From assembly GCA_963817895.1 (NCBI GenBank), contig CAWFQB010000001.1, positions 1,120,001 to 1,184,000 on the forward strand: a stretch of 64,000 nucleotides of DNA, read 5' to 3'. Positions 58,470 through 64,000 of the stretch are shown here, in pieces (within the stretch, counting starts at the first letter, position 1; the number at the start of each line of letters is the position of its first letter). Source of the stretch: an uncultured Chthonomonadaceae bacterium. Its GTDB lineage: Bacteria > Armatimonadota > Chthonomonadetes > Chthonomonadales > Chthonomonadaceae. The notes beneath the pieces were generated by a model, which was not told where the DNA came from, did not search any database, and saw only the letters and a program-made list of their open reading frames with translations. A program made the position numbers and the translations under genes.

Positions 58470-61400
58470 ATGAGCAGCGAACCGCCCGCGCTGAAAATTT
58501 GTATGTTTGGAGCCATGTCCGTCGAAGTGGACGGCATCCTCGTCAGCGCAAAGTTAGCCCGCAAGGAACTCTGGCTGCTGGCGATCCTTGCGCTGCGGGC
58601 GGGGCGGGCCGTGCCGCGCGACACGTTGAGCGGAATGTTGTGGCCGGAGTGCGAGGAGGAGCAGGGATTGTACAACCTGCGGCGTTCCCTGACGCGGCTG
58701 AAAAGCGCGTTGGGCAGTCAAGGGGATTGCATACAGCAGGTGAAACCCCGCTCTCTCGTGTTTGCCGCGTTGCCCGCCTGTGTGGACGCGCTGGAATTCG
58801 ACCGGCTCACGGTGAGCGGGGAACGCTGTCTGCTGGCGCAGGCGGTAAGCCTGTGTTCCGGTCCGTTGCTGCAAAATTGCTATGAGGAGTGGGCGCAGTC
58901 GGAACGCCTGCCACACGAATTCGCCTATCAGAAAGCGCTGGAAACGCTCGCGACCGACGCGCTTACGCGGGGCGAGTGGCTGGAAGCGGAAAAATACTGC
59001 CGCCTGCACATCGCCGCCAACCCGCTTCAGGAGCAGGCGCACCGGCTGCTGATGCAGGCGCTTGCCAAAAGTGGCAACCATGCGGCGGCAACGCAGGCGT
59101 ACCGGGATTTGCGCGTCCGCCTGCGCGAAGAGATCAACGCGGAACCCGACCCCGAAACCCTCGCCTGCTACGAGGCCATCCGGCAAACCGCGCGGCAGGC
59201 GGTTCCTGTCCCGGCCAAAGCCGCCCCACTGCCCCCCGCGCCTGTCCACGCGCCCCGTTCCATCGCGCTGCCGCAGCCCCTGACTCGGCTGATCGGGCGC
59301 GACCTGGAGGTTCTCGAAGCCTGCGGTCATCTGTCCGCTTCCCGGCTAGTCACCCTGTTGGGCGCGGGCGGCGTGGGTAAAACGCGGCTTTCGATAGAGG
59401 TCGCGCGGCGAACGGCGGAGCGCATGGCGGACGGCGCGATTTTTGTAGAACTGGCGGCGCTGAGTAAAGACGCCCTCCCCATCACTGCCCTTGCCCGGAC
59501 GCTGGGAGTGACGGAAACGCCCGGAGAACCCCTGCTGACCACGCTGACGCAGGTGTTGCAGGATCAGGAGAAACTGATTGTTCTGGATAACTGCGAACAT
59601 CTGCGCCGGTCCTGCGCCGAACTCGCCCACGCCCTGCTGACCGCCTGCCCGCGCCTGCGCATCCTGACGACAAGCCGACAGGCGCTGGGCCTGCCGGGTG
59701 AAATCGTGTGGCGGGTTCCGTCCCTGCCCACGCCCCCCGCCATCTCTGCGGACGAGTTTCATAGCGCTTTGAAACAGGACGACACGCTGGACTACGCTTC
59801 CGTGCAGCTGTTTCTGGAGCGCGTCATGCAGACGTATCCCGAATTCCGGCTGTCCCCGACCCTTCTGCCCTGCATCGGCCAGATCTGCCGCCGACTGGAC
59901 GGTATTCCGCTCGCCATCGAACTCGCGGCGTACCGGGCGCGTTCGCTCTCTCTTGAAAAGATCGCCAGCCGCCTGACCGACCGATTTCATCTGCTCACGG
60001 GCGGAGGAACGGCTTCGCTGCCCCGCCAGCAGACCCTTCGCGCCCTGATTGATTGGAGCTACTCCCTTCTGGAACCGGACGAACAGCAACTCTTCGCCCG
60101 TCTGTCCGTGTTTTCCGGCGGCTGGACCCTGGAAGCGGCGGAATCTCTATACGAGGAGAAAGGAGAAAGGAGAAAGGAAAAAGCCGGACCGCAGTTACTT
60201 TCTCCTTTTTCCCTTCTCCTTTCTCCTCTCGATGTACTGACTTCCCTTGTGGATAAGTCGCTGGTAGGGTACGAATGGCGGGAGGAGGGGGGACGGTACT
60301 TTTTTCTGGAATCTATCCGCGAGTATGCGCGTGAACGATTGGAGGAGGCCGGGGAATGGGAACAAATCCGGCAGCAGCACGCCTACTATTACAGCGACAT
60401 GGCGGTGGAAACCGAACCCCTGCTGCTCGGCCCACAGCAGGGCGAACTGCTGGAAATGCTGGAACGGGAACACGACAATATGCGGGCGGTTCTGGCATGG
60501 GGGCAGGAGAGTGTGGCCGGAGCCGCGCCCGCGTTCCGGCTGGCGTCGCGATTGTGGCGATTCTGGATGCAGCGGGGGTATTTTCGGGAAGGTCGGGAGC
60601 ATTTGCAACGAGTTCTGGAAAACCCGCATAGTCCTGAAGACGCGGATTTGCGCTGTCGCGCATTGAATGGGGCGGGGATGCTGGCGTACCGCATGGGGGA
60701 TTTCGCCCCGGCCCGCGCTCTGCTGGAAGACAGCCTCGCAGTTGCGCGAGCCGCAGGCGACAATCGGGGCAGCGCCGCCGCGTTCGCCAATCTGGGACAC
60801 ATTCCCGCCGGACAGGGGCAGTATCAGGAGGCGCGGGAAATGTACGCGGAAGCGCTCCAATTGTATCGAAAAGAGCAAAACGAGTCCGGCACGGCCTACT
60901 CGCTGCTCAATCTTGGGAACGTAGCCTTGTCCCTGAGCGAATACTCGGACGCGCAGGCGCGTTATGAGGAGGCGCTGACACTGTTTCGGCGCATCGGGGA
61001 TGGGGGCGGGGAACTGCTCACGCTCGGTAACCTCGGCTGGTGTTCATTGATACAGGAAGACTGGCGGCGAGCGACAACGTATGGCGAACAGGCTCTGACC
61101 CTGTGCCGCCAACTGAAACGTTTGGAGGGGGAGGCGCTTTACCTGCCCATTTTAGGAGCCTCCTGCGAAATGACGGGCGAAATGGCGCGGGCGCGGCAGT
61201 GCTATTTACAGGCGCTGGAAGTCTCGCTGAAACTGGGCGATAAACGGACGCTGGCGGCCACGCTGGAAACGCTGGCGGCGTACTATCTGCGTCTGGAAGA
61301 AGATGCGCAGGCCACCCGGTATCTGGGCTGTACCGATACGGGATACGCTCGCATCGGCATGAGCCGCTCCCTCCGAGAACAGCAGAACCGAGACGAAGCA

Positions 61401-61508
61401 TTCGCCACTCTGCGCGCCCGCCTGGGTGAGGAACCTTTTGCCGCCTGTTTTGCGCAGGGACAGCAACTCTCGATGGAAGATTTGGCCCGCGAAGCCGTTT
61501 CAGAGTAA
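58470..61508 (+). CDS. AfsR/SARP-family regulator (winged helix, BTAD, NB-ARC-like ATPase, TPR)
   Basis: 'LWPE', 'PLQEQAHRLLMQAL', 'GAGGVGKTRL', 'VLDNCEHL', 'RLDGIPLAIELAA', 'TLRALIDWSY', C-terminal TPRs. Confidence 0.9.
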   Translation: MSSEPPALKICMFGAMSVEVDGILVSAKLARKELWLLAILALRAGRAVPRDTLSGMLWPECEEEQGLYNLRRSLTRLKSALGSQGDCIQQVKPRSLVFAALPACVDALEFDRLTVSGERCLLAQAVSLCSGPLLQNCYEEWAQSERLPHEFAYQKALETLATDALTRGEWLEAEKYCRLHIAANPLQEQAHRLLMQALAKSGNHAAATQAYRDLRVRLREEINAEPDPETLACYEAIRQTARQAVPVPAKAAPLPPAPVHAPRSIALPQPLTRLIGRDLEVLEACGHLSASRLVTLLGAGGVGKTRLSIEVARRTAERMADGAIFVELAALSKDALPITALARTLGVTETPGEPLLTTLTQVLQDQEKLIVLDNCEHLRRSCAELAHALLTACPRLRILTTSRQALGLPGEIVWRVPSLPTPPAISADEFHSALKQDDTLDYASVQLFLERVMQTYPEFRLSPTLLPCIGQICRRLDGIPLAIELAAYRARSLSLEKIASRLTDRFHLLTGGGTASLPRQQTLRALIDWSYSLLEPDEQQLFARLSVFSGGWTLEAAESLYEEKGERRKEKAGPQLLSPFSLLLSPLDVLTSLVDKSLVGYEWREEGGRYFFLESIREYARERLEEAGEWEQIRQQHAYYYSDMAVETEPLLLGPQQGELLEMLEREHDNMRAVLAWGQESVAGAAPAFRLASRLWRFWMQRGYFREGREHLQRVLENPHSPEDADLRCRALNGAGMLAYRMGDFAPARALLEDSLAVARAAGDNRGSAAAFANLGHIPAGQGQYQEAREMYAEALQLYRKEQNESGTAYSLLNLGNVALSLSEYSDAQARYEEALTLFRRIGDGGGELLTLGNLGWCSLIQEDWRRATTYGEQALTLCRQLKRLEGEALYLPILGASCEMTGEMARARQCYLQALEVSLKLGDKRTLAATLETLAAYYLRLEEDAQATRYLGCTDTGYARIGMSRSLREQQNRDEAFATLRARLGEEPFAACFAQGQQLSMEDLAREAVSE

Positions 61509-61511
61509 TCA

Positions 61512-62867
61512 ATGCCACTTTCACAAGACGACAATCTGTTCGGAACGGAAGAGACGGTTGCGCCCGCTTCTGTTTCAGACGTTGACCCCAATGCGCCCCT
61601 TGCCGCCCGGATGCGCCCGCGAACGCTGGACGAGTTTGCGGGGCAGGAGGGCGTTGTCGGGCCGGGAACGGGACTGCGCCGCGCCATTGAGAACGACCAA
61701 CTAACTTCCGTGCTGTTGTGGGGGCCACCGGGAACCGGCAAGTCTACCCTCGCCGAAATCATTGCCCGAACCACGCGCGCCCATTTTGAGAAACTCAATT
61801 CCACAACCAGCGGCGTGGCGGATGCGCGCAAAGTGATTGAGGCAGCGAAAGAACGGCGGCGCAAACTGCACCGCAAAACCATTCTGTTCGTGGATGAGAT
61901 TCACCGCTGGAACAAGGCGCAGCAGGACGCGCTTCTGCCGCACGTCGAGGATGGAACCGTCGTTCTGATCGGCGCGACAACGGAAAACCCGTACTTTGAG
62001 GTGAACGCGCCCCTGCTGTCCCGTTCGCGTTTGTTTCGGTTCGAGCGGCTGTCCGAAGACGCGGTAAAACAACTGCTGACCCGCGCCCTGACCGATGCGG
62101 AGCGCGGGTTGGGACAACTCCATATCGAAGCGGACGCGGACGCCTTGAACTTTCTGGCGCAGATTTCGGGCGGGGATGCGCGGCGGGCGTTGAGCGCGCT
62201 GGATTCCGCCGCGCAGTCGCTTACGCCCGCCGCGAACGAACAGCGCCATTTAACTTTAGCCTTAGCCGAAGAGGGGGCGCAGGCGCGTTCGGTCGCGTAT
62301 GACCGGGACGGGGATGAGCATTACGACACCGTTTCCGCCTTTATCAAGTCCATGCGCGGTTCCGATCCCGATGGGGCATTGTACTGGCTCGCCAAAATGC
62401 TGCTTGCGGGCGAAGATGTCAAGTTTATCGCCCGCCGACTGGTGATTCTCGCCAGTGAAGATGTGGGCAATGCCGACCCTATGGCCCTCGTTGTCGCGAA
62501 CGCCGCCGTTCAAACAGTGATGTTTGTCGGGATGCCCGAAGCGCAATTAACCCTTTCGCAGGCCGTCACCTATCTTGCCTGCGCGCCCAAAAGCAACGCC
62601 GCCACCATTGCCATCGGGCGGGCTATGGAAACCATCAAAACGCAGGGCGCGCTTCCCGTTCCCATCCACCTGCGCGACAGCCACTATCCCGGCGCGAAAC
62701 GTCTGGGACACGGCAACGGCTACCTCTACCCGCACGATTTCCCCAACCACCACGTTGCGCAGCAATACCTCCCCGACGGCGTAACCGGACCCCCCTTTTA
62801 TGAGCCGACCGAAGAGGGCAAAGAGGCCGAACTAAAGCAGCGCATGGCCGAGCGCGAAACTTCCTGA
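61512..62867 (+). CDS. rarA: Replication-associated recombination protein A (MgsA/RarA)
   Basis: 'PLAARMRPRTL', 'GPPGTGKST', 'DEIHR', 'GATTENP', 'SAFIKSMRGSDPD', 'ASEDVGNADP'. Confidence 0.95.
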   Translation: MPLSQDDNLFGTEETVAPASVSDVDPNAPLAARMRPRTLDEFAGQEGVVGPGTGLRRAIENDQLTSVLLWGPPGTGKSTLAEIIARTTRAHFEKLNSTTSGVADARKVIEAAKERRRKLHRKTILFVDEIHRWNKAQQDALLPHVEDGTVVLIGATTENPYFEVNAPLLSRSRLFRFERLSEDAVKQLLTRALTDAERGLGQLHIEADADALNFLAQISGGDARRALSALDSAAQSLTPAANEQRHLTLALAEEGAQARSVAYDRDGDEHYDTVSAFIKSMRGSDPDGALYWLAKMLLAGEDVKFIARRLVILASEDVGNADPMALVVANAAVQTVMFVGMPEAQLTLSQAVTYLACAPKSNAATIAIGRAMETIKTQGALPVPIHLRDSHYPGAKRLGHGNGYLYPHDFPNHHVAQQYLPDGVTGPPFYEPTEEGKEAELKQRMAERETS

Positions 62868-62948
62868 CCGTTGCTATAAAACCGCGCCGGAAATTTGTAC
62901 GTCAATTTTGACATACGTTGAATCTGACGTACACGGTATAATGACACC

Positions 62949-63707
62949 ATGACTTCTGCGCATAGCGATGTTCTCAACCCTCAACCTTCAACCCTCAACC
63001 CCCTGCAAGTCCGCTGGCTTGGAACAGTGGATTATCAGGCCGCGTGGGATTTGCAGAAAGAGCTTGCCGCGCGGCGATTGGCGAACAAGATTGGCGACAC
63101 CCTGCTGCTGCTGGAACATCCGCCCACGCTCACGCTCGGACGCGCTTCCCATGCAGAACATCTGCTCGCCACGACGGAACAACTGGAACGGGAACAGATT
63201 GCCGTCATTGAGGTAGACCGGGGCGGCGACATCACCTATCACGGGCCGGGGCAGCTTGTCGGCTATCCCATTCTGAACCTGCGCGAACCGCCGCACACGC
63301 CCGACCTGCACCTGTATTTGCGCCATCTGGAAGAGGTTCTTATACAAACGCTGGCGCAGTTCAATGTTGACGCCGACCGCTTTCCGGGCTACACGGGCGT
63401 TTGGGTGGGCATGGACACGCCCAAGCCCCGTAAAATCGCCGCCATTGGCGTAAAATCCAGTCGCTGGATCACGCAGCACGGTTTCGCGCTCAACGTCTGC
63501 CCCGACCTGTCGCATTTCAATTTGATTGTCCCCTGCGGCATCCGCGAGTACGGCGTCACGTCCCTGTCGAAGCATCTTGGAATTCCCATTTTAACGACAG
63601 ACGTTCTGCCCAAAGTGACCGCCGCATTTCAAGAAGTATTCGGATACAGAGAAATTTTGATAGATTCTTCTCTCACTCTCCACTCTCCACTCTCCACTTC
63701 TACTTGA
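62949..63707 (+). CDS. lipB: Lipoyl(octanoyl) transferase
   Basis: 'LLLEHPP', 'RGGDITYHGPGQLVGYPI', 'KIAAIG', 'HGFALN', 'IVPCG'. Confidence 0.95.
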   Translation: MTSAHSDVLNPQPSTLNPLQVRWLGTVDYQAAWDLQKELAARRLANKIGDTLLLLEHPPTLTLGRASHAEHLLATTEQLEREQIAVIEVDRGGDITYHGPGQLVGYPILNLREPPHTPDLHLYLRHLEEVLIQTLAQFNVDADRFPGYTGVWVGMDTPKPRKIAAIGVKSSRWITQHGFALNVCPDLSHFNLIVPCGIREYGVTSLSKHLGIPILTTDVLPKVTAAFQEVFGYREILIDSSLTLHSPLSTST

Positions 63708-63877
63708 CACGCCGCCGCGCTTTGGTGTATGCTACAAGTTAAACCACTACCTTTGTCTTTTTTGGAGTGTATCAGGATACCGGCGCAGCGTCCCACCTGT
63801 CTTGCGACATTGCGGACAAGGTTGCCCCGCGTATCCTCTGTTTTTGCCCTATCCCACTAGAAGGAACGTAAACCGTC

Positions 63878-64000
63878 ATGCAGGTCACTGCCGAGCATCC
63901 TGATCCCTGTACCGTCGTGCTGGACATTAACGTAGATGAACAGCAGGTAACGCAGGCTTTTGAAGCCGCTTATAGAGAATTTGGCCGCTATGCCAACGTG
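63878..64000 (+). CDS. tig: Trigger factor, N-terminal fragment (runs off the window)
   Basis: Manual translation MQVTAEHPDPCTVVLDINVDEQQVTQAFEAAYREFGRYANV matches the trigger factor N-terminus that precedes the PGFR motif; AAGGA RBS. Confidence 0.75.
   Translation, partial: MQVTAEHPDPCTVVLDINVDEQQVTQAFEAAYREFGRYANV

Noticed and set aside
63708..63877. Possible tRNA or ncRNA upstream of tig
   Set aside because: No cloverleaf, T-loop (GTTCGA) or CCA end was seen; only a promoter-like TTGACA and weak hairpins.

Overview
GC-rich bacterial chromosomal segment. The gene content (PEP-CTERM protein, SARP/NB-ARC/TPR regulator, DUF1549/DUF1553/DUF1501 proteins) suggests an Armatimonadota-like or PVC-like organism, which is an inference only. 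Housekeeping genes (dapB, rarA, lipB, start of tig) frame a large amount of accessory DNA. The main candidates for undescribed biology are three. (1) At 8.9-11.4 kb, a three-gene operon: a catalytically degenerate ATP-grasp protein, an intact RimK/graspetide-type ATP-grasp ligase, and a 166-aa protein with a Lys/Glu-only repeat core and a C-terminal coiled coil. This is a candidate new graspetide or isopeptide-crosslinking system and sits next to a Type I R-M locus with an embedded toxin-antitoxin pair. (2) At 29-33 kb, a two-component system: a cytoplasmic histidine kinase whose N-terminus is an IolE/xylose-isomerase-like TIM barrel, plus a receiver protein with a GNAT-like output. Together with an IS5-family element it appears to be inserted into (3) an Lgt-like/Tes(MJ0619)-like radical SAM gene cluster. 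The window is also rich in small repeats: 102-bp MITEs with TWA target duplications, REP-like hairpins, and 7-8-nt tandem repeats that form hairpins and sit in frame inside genes. Many genes between 27 and 58 kb are frameshifted, most likely because of assembly indel errors. No rRNA, tRNA or CRISPR array was recognised. All domain calls come from motif recognition by eye, not from database searches.
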